Source: Candidatus Omnitrophota bacterium (GTDB lineage: Bacteria > Omnitrophota > Gorgyraeia > B26-G9). From it: 64,000 nucleotides of DNA. A model generated the notes under the pieces. It did no database searches. It was not told the origin of the DNA and saw nothing but the letters and a program-made list of their open reading frames with translations. The first letter of the stretch is position 1; the number at the start of each line of letters is the position of its first letter. The translations under genes were made by a program, and so were the position numbers. The DNA is taken from NCBI GenBank assembly GCA_043814605.1, contig JBDRJV010000007.1, positions 67,354-131,353 on the forward strand. The letters are read 5' to 3'. Positions 56,451 to 64,000 of the stretch are shown here, in pieces.

Positions 56451-57018
56451 TCCGGAAATTCAAAAACATGTGCTTTTACATGTTTGCTGTGCTCCCTGCA
56501 TTATTTATCCTCTAAAAAAACTAAAATTATTAAATTATAAAGTCACCGGTTTTTTTTATAATCCGAACATCCAGCCGGAAGCAGAATACGCTTTAAGAAA
56601 AAAAAATATAGAAAAATTTTCACAATGCTTTAATTGTGATATTATTTATGCGGCTAATTATACTGCGGATGATTTTTTTCAAGCAATAGGTAATGCAATC
56701 TCACCGCCGGAACGCTGCCAGCTTTGTTGGGAACTGCGTTTAAAGCAAACCGCACATTATGCTAAGGAAAATAATTTTGATTTGTTCACATCTACCTTGC
56801 TGGTCAGCCCTTACCAGGATAGAATTTTACTAAAACAGGCAGGAGAAAAAACAGCTAGAGAGCAGGGAGTTGAATTTTTATTTTATGATTTTAGCGAAGG
56901 TTATCCGGAATCAGTAACAATTTCTCGAGAGCTGGGTATGTACCGACAAAAATATTGCGGGTGTAAATATAGTCTTGAGGAAAAGACTAAAGAAAAAAAG
57001 ATAAAAGATAAACAATGA
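56443..57018 (+). CDS. queH: epoxyqueuosine reductase QueH (DUF208)
   Basis: LLHVCCAPC ... CxxC ... YCGC cysteine pattern typical of QueH; RBS AAAGGAG before the GTG at 56443; adjacent to queA. Confidence 0.65.
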   Translation: MSSPEIQKHVLLHVCCAPCIIYPLKKLKLLNYKVTGFFYNPNIQPEAEYALRKKNIEKFSQCFNCDIIYAANYTADDFFQAIGNAISPPERCQLCWELRLKQTAHYAKENNFDLFTSTLLVSPYQDRILLKQAGEKTAREQGVEFLFYDFSEGYPESVTISRELGMYRQKYCGCKYSLEEKTKEKKIKDKQ

Positions 57019-57239
57019 ATCAAATAGCCGGGATCGGTAAATATTTAATACTCATCGGTGTAATTCTGATTATTGCGGGAATTTTTGTTTTTTTAGCCGG
57101 GAAAATTAAATGGCTGGGTCATTTACCAGGTGATATTTTTATTCAAAAAAAGAATTTTTCTTTTTATTTTCCGTTAACCACTTGTATTTTAATCAGTATT
57201 TTATTGTCTTTGATTATTTGGCTTTTTTCGAAAAAATAA
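57015..57239 (+). CDS. small membrane protein (DUF2905-like)
   Basis: 74 aa, two TM helices; overlapping-stop coupling to queH. Confidence 0.5.
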   Translation: MNQIAGIGKYLILIGVILIIAGIFVFLAGKIKWLGHLPGDIFIQKKNFSFYFPLTTCILISILLSLIIWLFSKK

Positions 57240-57281
57240 AAAGCCTGTTACTTGCAGCCTGTAACTTGTATCCATGAATAT

Positions 57282-58325
57282 ATGAATATTGAAAAATTCA
57301 ATTACCATCTTCCTCCAGAATTAATTGCCCAATATCCTTTAAAAAAGCGTGATCAGTCGCGGCTCTTAGTGATTAATAGGGCTACAGAGGAGATTATCCA
57401 TACAGGTTTTAAAAACATCCTGGATTTTTTTAATCCCGGGGATGCTTTAGTATTGAATAACACTAAAGTAAAACCCGCAAGGATAATCGGAAAAATTGAA
57501 AAAAAAGAAATTGATGTTTTATTGGTTGAACGCATCAAAAAAAATTGTTATTGGATTAAAGCCAAGCCGTTAGCCAAAATTAAAAAGGTTAAAAAAATTG
57601 TTTTTGATAACGGGAATATTGTGGCTAACTATATCCATCATCCGCATGAATATGCCAGAGTTATGTTAATTTTAGAATTTGAGTGTAAATTTGATATAGA
57701 AGAAAAATTGGAACAGATTGGGATGATGCCTTTGCCGCCATACATCAAGCGAAAAACAGAACTGAGTGATAAATCCCGTTACCAGACAATATACGCTCAA
57801 AAGCAGGGGGCAATAGCTGCTCCGACAGCCGGGCTGCATTTTTCTAAACAAATTCTGATGGCTTTAAACAAGAAAAATATTGAAACAATCTATGTTACAT
57901 TACATGTGGGGTTGGGAACTTTTGAGCCAATAAGAACAAATGATATCTCAGAACATAAAATGCACAAAGAAGATTTTGAAATTTCAGCTCAAACAACAGA
58001 AACGATCAGGAAGGTTAAACAGCAAAAAAGCAAAATTTGTGCGGTAGGCACAACCGTGGCCCGTGTTTTAGAAACTGTTACACAAATTCAAAATAATCAG
58101 ATAAAGATCATTCCGCAGGCAGCTACTACGGAAATATTCATTTACCCACCCTATGAATTCAAGGCTTGTGATATGCTGATCACTAATTTTCATCTGCCAA
58201 AATCAACATTGTTGATGCTGGTAAGTGCTTTTGCCGGACGAGAGTTAATCCTAAAAGCATATGCTGAGGCAGTAAAAGAAAAATACCGGTTTTTTAGTTA
58301 TGGGGATTGTATGCTAATTATTTAA
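57282..58325 (+). CDS. queA: S-adenosylmethionine:tRNA ribosyltransferase-isomerase QueA
   Basis: MNIEKFNYHLPPELIAQYP N-terminus and the length match QueA; the ATG at 57282 is preferred over the tracked 57252. Confidence 0.85.
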   Translation: MNIEKFNYHLPPELIAQYPLKKRDQSRLLVINRATEEIIHTGFKNILDFFNPGDALVLNNTKVKPARIIGKIEKKEIDVLLVERIKKNCYWIKAKPLAKIKKVKKIVFDNGNIVANYIHHPHEYARVMLILEFECKFDIEEKLEQIGMMPLPPYIKRKTELSDKSRYQTIYAQKQGAIAAPTAGLHFSKQILMALNKKNIETIYVTLHVGLGTFEPIRTNDISEHKMHKEDFEISAQTTETIRKVKQQKSKICAVGTTVARVLETVTQIQNNQIKIIPQAATTEIFIYPPYEFKACDMLITNFHLPKSTLLMLVSAFAGRELILKAYAEAVKEKYRFFSYGDCMLII

Positions 58326-58625
58326 ATCGCAGAAGTATGAAATTCAAAATAAAATAAAAAATGACCGAAAGTTAATTTTTTTTCTCTAGTTTTTGCTCCT
58401 TAATGGTATAGGATAAAAGAAAAGGTCAAAATATAGGCGAATGAGTTACCTATTATATTATTTGACTATATAATACACTTATAGTAGCATAACTTTATAT
58501 AGTACCGAACGTTAGATGATTAAAATTAAAATTGAACAAGGAGAAAGAAAAAAGCATATTTTATAAAATATTTTAAAAAAACGGTAATTTTATTAAGTAG
58601 AGATTGGTTTTTCTAAGGGTGAGCC

Positions 58626-59216
58626 ATGGCGAGAGAAAATATTATGCAAGCTTTAATAAAAGGAATGTTTTTAAATATATTGTTAAATTATTTAAAAAAA
58701 AATTCACATGATTTGGTAACAGAAAAAGTAAGTAAAATGCTGGATAAGCCATTAAAATATGTTGATTTTTTTGACTATCCTATAGAAGAATTTATCCTGC
58801 TCATTGAAGAAATTATAAAACAGGTTTTCCCGGATAAAACTTTTGAGGAGGCGTGCTATGAATTAGGCAGAATTTCAGTCGAGGGAATAATTATAAGTCC
58901 TGTGGCAAAAGTGGCTATCGCCTATGCAAAAAAAAATATCCAGGGAGCGATTAAGAATACGCCTTTCTATTTTTCGCAATTTGCCAAAATGGGCAAGGTA
59001 TCTGTTAATCAAAAGAGTGATTATATTTTTAACGTTGTTTTTAAGGCATGGAAGATTTATCCTTATTATGCATACGGTTTGCTTGTTTTTGTATTAAAAG
59101 AAATAGACGCAAAATTAAAGTTAAAATTAGAAGTTGCCAATGTTAAAATTTTAGGTCTAGGTAAGGTTGAATCTGATTTCACCTGCATATTAGAGTTGCC
59201 GGAGGGTAAAAAATAA
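58626..59216 (+). CDS. uncharacterised paralog family A, copy 1 (~190 aa; H-NOX-like layout, no conserved heme ligands)
   Basis: Shares a KPLKY(V/I)DFFDY.I.E(F/Y).(I/L)L.EE ... ACYELG(R/K)I(S/T) ... AKV.IAYA(K/R)(K/R)NI.GA.KN ... KLK(L/F)EV core with the next two ORFs. Confidence 0.6.
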   Translation: MARENIMQALIKGMFLNILLNYLKKNSHDLVTEKVSKMLDKPLKYVDFFDYPIEEFILLIEEIIKQVFPDKTFEEACYELGRISVEGIIISPVAKVAIAYAKKNIQGAIKNTPFYFSQFAKMGKVSVNQKSDYIFNVVFKAWKIYPYYAYGLLVFVLKEIDAKLKLKLEVANVKILGLGKVESDFTCILELPEGKK

Positions 59217-59274
59217 TCAGAGGGAATAATCTGTGGTGGGCTGATAAAACAAATAATAAAGAAGGAACATAATT

Positions 59275-59847
59275 GTGGAAGGTTTAGGAAAAGGAATATT
59301 CGCAAATATAATTTTGAAATATTTAAGAGAAAATCACCATGAGCCGGTAATCGAAAAAGTAAGTAAAATGCTGGGCAAGCCATTAAAATATATTGATTTT
59401 TTCGACTACCCTATTCCAGAATTTATGATTCTTATCGAAGAAATTGCGAAAGAAGTTTTTCCGCATAAAACATTAGAAGATGCATGCTATGAATTAGGCA
59501 GGATTTCAATTAATAAAGTGTTGGATATTCCGGTGGCGAAGGTTGCTATTGCCTATGCGAGGAAGAATATTCATGGCGCGGTTAAAAATGTTCCCTTATA
59601 TTTCTCGCAATTTGCAAGGATGGGAGAGGTTGCCGTTAGTCAGCCTAATCAAAATAGTTATGAGGTAAGATTTAAGGAATGGCAAGGGTATCCGCATTAT
59701 ACATATGCCATGCTTGTTTTTTCAGTAAAAGAAATAGATCCGAATATGAAGTTAAAACTGGAAGTTAGGGATGTAAAAATTTTAGGAAAAGGTAAAGTTA
59801 TATCTGATTTTTCGTGTATCTTGGAGCTACCAAAAGATAAAGAATAA
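59275..59847 (+). CDS. uncharacterised paralog family A, copy 2
   Basis: ~70% identical to copy 1 over the core; GTG start with RBS AAGGAA. Confidence 0.6.
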   Translation: MEGLGKGIFANIILKYLRENHHEPVIEKVSKMLGKPLKYIDFFDYPIPEFMILIEEIAKEVFPHKTLEDACYELGRISINKVLDIPVAKVAIAYARKNIHGAVKNVPLYFSQFARMGEVAVSQPNQNSYEVRFKEWQGYPHYTYAMLVFSVKEIDPNMKLKLEVRDVKILGKGKVISDFSCILELPKDKE

Positions 59848-59898
59848 TTCGATAAATTTCTAAAAAAATAACTAGACAGAAAAAAGATTAAGATTACT

Positions 59899-60471
59899 AT
59901 GCAAAGTATGTTGAAGGGAATATTTTTTAATATATTTTTAAATTACCTGAGAAAAAATAATTATGAACAAGTAATTGAAAATTTCAGCCAGATAACGGGT
60001 AAATCATTGAAATATGTTGATTTTTTTGACTACAGTATTGAAGAGTATATTATTTTAATGGAGGAAATGGCTAAACAAATTTTCCCGGATAAGACAAAAG
60101 AAGCAGCTTACTATGAATTAGGGAAAATAACCGCTATAGCAGTCCTTAATACGTCCATGGCTAAAGTAGGTATTGCTTATGCAAAAAGGAATATTCGCGG
60201 CGCTTTAAAAAATCTGCCGTTTTATTTTTATCAATTTGCAAAAATGAAGGAAGTAAGTGTTAAGCAACTTGATCAAAATAGGTATAAAATAATGTTTAAG
60301 GGCTGGCCGATTTATCCTGATAGTGAGCATGGTTTGTTTAATTTTATCGTAAAACAATTAGATCCGAAAATTAATTTAAAATTCGAGGTTATAAGTTTAG
60401 AAAACCTCGGCCATGGAAAGATCCGGACAGATTTCTCATTTACAGTGGAGTTACCGGAAAGTAAAGAATAA
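59899..60471 (+). CDS. uncharacterised paralog family A, copy 3
   Basis: Same conserved blocks as copies 1 and 2 (LKYVDFFDY, YELGKIT, AKVGIAYAKRNIRGALKN). Confidence 0.6.
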   Translation: MQSMLKGIFFNIFLNYLRKNNYEQVIENFSQITGKSLKYVDFFDYSIEEYIILMEEMAKQIFPDKTKEAAYYELGKITAIAVLNTSMAKVGIAYAKRNIRGALKNLPFYFYQFAKMKEVSVKQLDQNRYKIMFKGWPIYPDSEHGLFNFIVKQLDPKINLKFEVISLENLGHGKIRTDFSFTVELPESKE

Positions 60472-60492
60472 TTTCTCAGGCGATAATATATT

Positions 60493-60885
60493 ATGGCGAT
60501 AAAATCACACTGGATAATGCATAAGAATAAGAGAATATATTTTGTGGATTATTCAGGATTTGGCCATGATTTTGAGTTATTAAAAAAGGAAATTAAAGAA
60601 TCAACAATTGTAATTTGTGCTCAACCGGAAAAGTTTGTGTTGACGCTGGTTGATGTAAGTAATACTGTGGCTACTTCCCAGGCACTTGACTATCTTAAGG
60701 AATGTTTAAAATCGTCAAATAAACACATGAAAAAAATTGCTGTGCTCGGGGTTGAAGGGCTTAAAAATATACTGATGAAAGCGATCATCAGAATTTTTAA
60801 TCTGAATATAAAGTCTTTTGAGCATACGGAAAAAGCTAAAGATTGGTTGATTGAAAGTGATGAAACTGATGATAAATCTGGTTAA
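60493..60885 (+). CDS. uncharacterised paralog family B, copy 1 (~128 aa; STAS/anti-sigma-antagonist-like pattern)
   Basis: Core (M/P)IKSHWI.(H/Y)K.K(R)IYF.DYS.F ... E..VL.L.DV.NTV..S.(A/S)L..LKE ... K(H)MK(K/R)(I/V)A.(L/I)G..G..(N/K)I.M.A..R(I/V)FNL ... F....(E/Q)AKDWL shared with three other ORFs. Confidence 0.6.
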   Translation: MAIKSHWIMHKNKRIYFVDYSGFGHDFELLKKEIKESTIVICAQPEKFVLTLVDVSNTVATSQALDYLKECLKSSNKHMKKIAVLGVEGLKNILMKAIIRIFNLNIKSFEHTEKAKDWLIESDETDDKSG

Positions 60886-60906
60886 AATCGGGTAAAGGGA
60901 AAAACT

Positions 60907-61293
60907 GTGGCAATTAAATCACATTGGATAACGCATAAGAATAAAAGAATATATTTTATGGATGGGTCAGGACTGGGAGCTAATTTTGAGTTAGCAAAAA
61001 ATGAAATAGATGCGACAGCTTCAGCAGTTTCTACAGAGCCAGAAAAATCAGTATTAATTTTATTTGATGTAAATAATACTGTCGTTACTTCTCAATCGCT
61101 CACCTATCTTAAAGAGGCTCTAAAATTATCAAGTAAGCATGTAAAAAAAGTAGCTTCGATTGGAGTCAAGGGTGCAAAGAAAATAATAATGAGCATGATT
61201 ATCAGGGTGTTCAATCTGAATGTTGAGCCCTTTGATAATTTAGAGCAAGCTAAGGATTGGTTAGTGGAAGGTAATGTTACTGAAAATTCCTAA
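60907..61293 (+). CDS. uncharacterised paralog family B, copy 2
   Basis: Same conserved blocks; GTG start. Confidence 0.6.
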   Translation: MAIKSHWITHKNKRIYFMDGSGLGANFELAKNEIDATASAVSTEPEKSVLILFDVNNTVVTSQSLTYLKEALKLSSKHVKKVASIGVKGAKKIIMSMIIRVFNLNVEPFDNLEQAKDWLVEGNVTENS

Positions 61294-61317
61294 AAATTCC
61301 AGGAAGGAGCCAGGCAG

Positions 61318-61698
61318 ATGCCGATAAAGTCACATTGGATAAAATATAAAGAAAAAAGAATTTATTTTTGTGATTATTCAAATTTTAGTGATAAATTTGA
61401 ATTATTAAATGAAGAGATGTCCGGTGCGACTGAAATAATCTGTCAAGAGCCAGAAATTTCCGTGTTGATTCTCGTGGATATAAGTAATAGTTTAGCTAAT
61501 GCTCGGGCTTTTAATCAGGTTAAGGAATATATGAAAAGATCAGGCAAGCATATGAGGGCGATTGCGGTTATTGGCTCAACAAAGGTTCGTAATATCATGA
61601 TCCGGGCTGTAGCACGAATATTTAATTTAGAGATTATGCCTTTTGATGATCCAGAATCAGCTAAACAATGGTTGATCAACAAAGATTTTTCCGCTTAA
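61318..61698 (+). CDS. uncharacterised paralog family B, copy 3
   Basis: Same conserved blocks; RBS GGAAGGAG. Confidence 0.6.
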   Translation: MPIKSHWIKYKEKRIYFCDYSNFSDKFELLNEEMSGATEIICQEPEISVLILVDISNSLANARAFNQVKEYMKRSGKHMRAIAVIGSTKVRNIMIRAVARIFNLEIMPFDDPESAKQWLINKDFSA

Positions 61699-61761
61699 AT
61701 TTAATTAAATTTTTCAGTATGGGTAAACAATTTTTGAATTTGAATTAAAAAGGAGGTAATA

Positions 61762-62226
61762 ATGCGCAGCATTATTAAGATTTTTGTTATTGTTTTAATG
61801 GTAAGCGGGATTGTCAAAGTACAAGCCCAGGAAGAAATTGAAAAACAAGCAGTTTCTCCGGAAGCGGCTGCAGAAATAAAAGAAATATCCATTGAATCGC
61901 TGCCGCCAGTAGTAACAAAAACTGTACCCCAGTCCGGAGACCTGGCGGTTGATCCGGCTTTAAAAGAAATCAGTGTTAGTTTTAGCAAAGATATGATGCA
62001 ACAGGATATGTGGGCATGGGTAATGGTGTCTAAAGATTCGTTTCCCGAAATAACCGGAAACATAAAATTTCTTGATGACGGAAGAACTTGTGTTGCTCCG
62101 GTTGAACTTAAACCTAATAAAACTTATGCAATTTGGTTTAACTCCGAAAATCATACAGCATTTAGATGTATAAACGGCTGCAGTGCTGTACCGTATTTAT
62201 TAGTGTTCCAGACAAAAAGTGAATAA
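61762..62226 (+). CDS. hypothetical secreted protein
   Basis: Strong RBS AAAGGAGGT; signal peptide MRSIIKIFVIVLMVSGIVKVQAQEE; preferred over the overlapping minus-strand ORF 61701..62063. Confidence 0.55.
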   Translation: MRSIIKIFVIVLMVSGIVKVQAQEEIEKQAVSPEAAAEIKEISIESLPPVVTKTVPQSGDLAVDPALKEISVSFSKDMMQQDMWAWVMVSKDSFPEITGNIKFLDDGRTCVAPVELKPNKTYAIWFNSENHTAFRCINGCSAVPYLLVFQTKSE

Positions 62227-62513
62227 TCGATTCAGGGGATAGGCAGAGTAGGGCTAAGGGGGGGCAGGATGGATGGGGCAATAAAGGGAATATTCTTTCA
62301 AGGACAATTGAAAACTTTAATCGGATATATTCCTGTATGCGCAAATTGCGAGCAAATCAGAGATGATCAGGGGGCCTGGAATCGTATGGAGAAATATATT
62401 TCCGATAGGGCAGAAGTTGATTTTACACAGTATTTGCCCGGAATGCGCAGAAAAATTATACAATGAAGTTTTAAATGAATAAAATTTAAAAAAATGAGGG
62501 AGAAAAGGGAAAG

Positions 62514-62801
62514 ATGAAAAAAATAAAATTTTTTAAATATATTTGTGTGCTCGGGGCAATGTTAATTGCTGTCCCGGTAATTTTCGCACAGGATGTTTTA
62601 AAAGATAAGCCAAATGAAAAAAATCTTTTTCAAACAAAATGTGCTAAATGCCATTCACTGGATAAGTCACTATCAAAAACTAAAACATTAGCAGGCTGGC
62701 AGAAAACAACCCAAAGAATGGCAAAAAAGAAAAACAGTGAGATAACTCGGGAAGAAGCAGAAGAAATTGCCGGTTATTTAGCGGATAAAAAGAGTGAATA
62801 G
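62514..62801 (+). CDS. small secreted mono-heme c-type cytochrome-like protein (CxxCH)
   Basis: Signal peptide (MKKIKFFKYICVLGAMLIAVPVIFA) followed by a CAKCH heme-binding motif, with a downstream Met (QRMAKK) as a possible axial ligand; 95 aa. Confidence 0.5.
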   Translation: MKKIKFFKYICVLGAMLIAVPVIFAQDVLKDKPNEKNLFQTKCAKCHSLDKSLSKTKTLAGWQKTTQRMAKKKNSEITREEAEEIAGYLADKKSE

Positions 62802-62810
62802 GTAATTTTC

Positions 62811-63017
62811 GTGCAAAAATTTTTAGCTATTTTTAATTTAACTCAATTTCTTTTGCCATTAGGGATTGCTACGTTTACCTGTATTGTGATTACGTTGGGG
62901 TTAGGATTAAATATCCATAAAAATAGAAAACTTTTGCTGCCTTGGCATAAAAGAACAGCTTTTTTAGCTTTGGTACTGGCGTTAATTCATGGGGCAATTG
63001 CCTTGTTTTTATTTTAA
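62811..63017 (+). CDS. small two-TM membrane protein, hypothetical
   Basis: 68 aa, two hydrophobic helices; weak call (GTG start). Confidence 0.35.
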   Translation: MQKFLAIFNLTQFLLPLGIATFTCIVITLGLGLNIHKNRKLLLPWHKRTAFLALVLALIHGAIALFLF

Positions 63018-63032
63018 AAAAAGGAGGATGAA

Positions 63033-63275
63033 ATGACTTTAGAATTACTAAGGGAAATATTTAAGTGGTGTTCAATTATTAACTTTGGATTATTTATGCT
63101 GAGTATTATTGTTATTTGCTCAGGGCGGGATTGGATCTGTAAAATGCATGGAAAATGGTATAACATACCGGAAGATAAAATATGCGTAATTTTATATCAG
63201 GTAATGGCATTTTATAAAATCAGCATATTAATTTTTAATGTCATACCGTTTATTGTACTAAGTATTTTAACTTAA
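63033..63275 (+). CDS. small two-TM membrane protein, hypothetical
   Basis: RBS AGGAGG before the ATG; 80 aa with two hydrophobic helices. Confidence 0.45.
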   Translation: MTLELLREIFKWCSIINFGLFMLSIIVICSGRDWICKMHGKWYNIPEDKICVILYQVMAFYKISILIFNVIPFIVLSILT

Positions 63276-63347
63276 ATAAAATTGTTTATTATTGACTAAA
63301 TTTTGTCCTCATACTAAAATATAGCACGTACAATAAAATTATAATTT

Positions 63348-63731
63348 TTGAAAAAGGAAAATATGAAATCAAACTGGATAATCCATAAAGAGAAAAGGAT
63401 TTATTTCTGTGATTATTCTAATTTTGGCAGTGATTTTGAGGCATTAAAAGAAGAAATGGTTGCAGTTACCGGAGTTTTGATTCAAGAGCCGGAAAATTCG
63501 GTTCTGATTCTGACAGATGTTACCAATACTGTTGCCAGCCCGAAAGCATTAGATCAATTAAAAGCCGGCATGAAATTTTCAGGTAAACATATGAAACGAG
63601 TTGCGGTTGTGGGAGTAACGGGTGTGCGGAATATTATGCTTAAAGCCGTAGCCCGGACATTTAATCTGAGTATATTCCCGTTTTCGGATATTGAAAAAGC
63701 TAAAGATTGGCTTGTTGAGCACGATCACTAA
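63348..63731 (+). CDS. uncharacterised paralog family B, copy 4 (displaced from the main array)
   Basis: SNWIIHKEKRIYFCDYSNFG ... VLILTDVTNTVASPKALDQLK ... KHMKRVAVVGVTGVRNIMLKAVARTFNL ... EKAKDWL; the start may be the internal ATG at 63363. Confidence 0.6.
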   Translation: MKKENMKSNWIIHKEKRIYFCDYSNFGSDFEALKEEMVAVTGVLIQEPENSVLILTDVTNTVASPKALDQLKAGMKFSGKHMKRVAVVGVTGVRNIMLKAVARTFNLSIFPFSDIEKAKDWLVEHDH

Positions 63732-63772
63732 TATTTTTTAGCGTGCATATTTTTAACTATTTTTTATAAAAC

Positions 63773-63806
63773 CCCCACGGGCTTTAGCCCGTGGGGGCTT
63801 TATTTG
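63773..63806 (+). terminator. rho-independent terminator
   Basis: CCCCCACGGGC-ttta-GCCCGTGGGGG followed by a T-rich tract. Confidence 0.75.
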
Positions 63807-64000
63807 CATTATATTTTCTTTCGTGGTATACTTTTTCGTTTTCCATAATATAGTTTTATGTATTAATTAGAATGAGAATAGGTTATGCATATTTTTAAAA
63901 TAAGCAAATCATGCGCTCTTAAGTTAATTGCGGTTAGCTTAGTTAACTTAGTTTTTCTCTTTAATATTACCTCAATTAATGCGGCTGATATCGCAACAAA

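Noticed and set aside
58380-58625. Possible promoter (TTGACT/TATAAT-like strings) upstream of the family A array
   Set aside because: Several overlapping -35/-10-like hexamers occur in extremely AT-rich DNA with inconsistent spacing, and I cannot single one out. The array probably has a promoter here, but it cannot be placed by eye.
61701-62063. 120-aa minus-strand ORF overlapping the secreted-protein gene
   Set aside because: The plus-strand ORF has a consensus RBS (AGGAGGT) and a clean signal peptide, whereas the minus ORF has neither.
62269-62466. 65-aa ORF with a CxxC pair and a weak GIFF match to the family A N-terminus
   Set aside because: It is too short, has a weak RBS, and resembles only a few residues of family A. 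It may be a gene fragment or non-coding, so I did not call it.
1-64000. CRISPR arrays, rRNA or tRNA genes
   Set aside because: No regularly spaced direct repeats with unique spacers were seen. There are no tRNA-like cloverleaf candidates (GTTC/TTCGA T-loop with matching acceptor stem). No GC-rich rRNA-like stretches occur other than the short 43.8-44.1 kb block.

Overview
Low-GC (roughly mid-30s % by eye), gene-dense bacterial chromosomal segment, almost entirely plus-strand. I found no rRNA, tRNA or CRISPR array by eye.

1-7.6 kb: cell-shape genes mreD-mrdA(PBP2)-rodA, then a cytoplasmic PAS histidine kinase carrying an internal tandem duplication, then a B12-binding radical-SAM protein.

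7.7-30.5 kb: a large, nearly complete type IVa pilus (T4aP) locus. In order it holds two pilT paralogs flanking a CheY-like receiver, a standalone protein made of tandem MshEN-like motifs plus a GspE-N domain, two pilB/gspE paralogs and pilC. After pilC a sigma70-like promoter, a GEMM-like c-di-GMP riboswitch and a terminator precede two minor pilins, a 912-aa PilX-N-domain protein and a small membrane protein. These are followed by pilS/pilR, a canonical sigma54 promoter with an upstream palindrome driving pilA1, a terminator, a second pilin pilA2 with its own sigma70-like promoter, a GGDEF diguanylate cyclase, a fused pilM-pilN, pilO, pilP and the pilQ secretin.

30.7-43.7 kb: housekeeping genes nusA, infB, trpS, scpA, scpB, pheA, an aminotransferase, DAHP synthase, tyrA, cmk, plsC and rpsA.

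43.8-45.2 kb: a compositionally distinct insertion made of GC-rich hairpin-rich DNA, a 103-aa HNH endonuclease and a disrupted IS200/IS605-type (Y1/RAYT-like) transposase.

45.2-58.3 kb: tyrS, recG, an NSS transporter, an EF-G paralog, an orphan pseudopilin, yebC, ruvCAB, queH, a DUF2905-like membrane protein and queA.

58.6-63.8 kb: tightly packed tandem arrays of two uncharacterised paralogous families (3 x ~190 aa, 4 x ~128 aa STAS-like). They are interleaved with small secreted and membrane proteins, including a CxxCH (c-type cytochrome-like) protein.

The two most unusual features are (a) the c-di-GMP-linked T4P regulatory architecture (riboswitch, MshEN protein, GGDEF cyclase) and (b) the 3' paralog arrays.

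All calls rest on motif-level reading of the supplied translations; no database search was possible.
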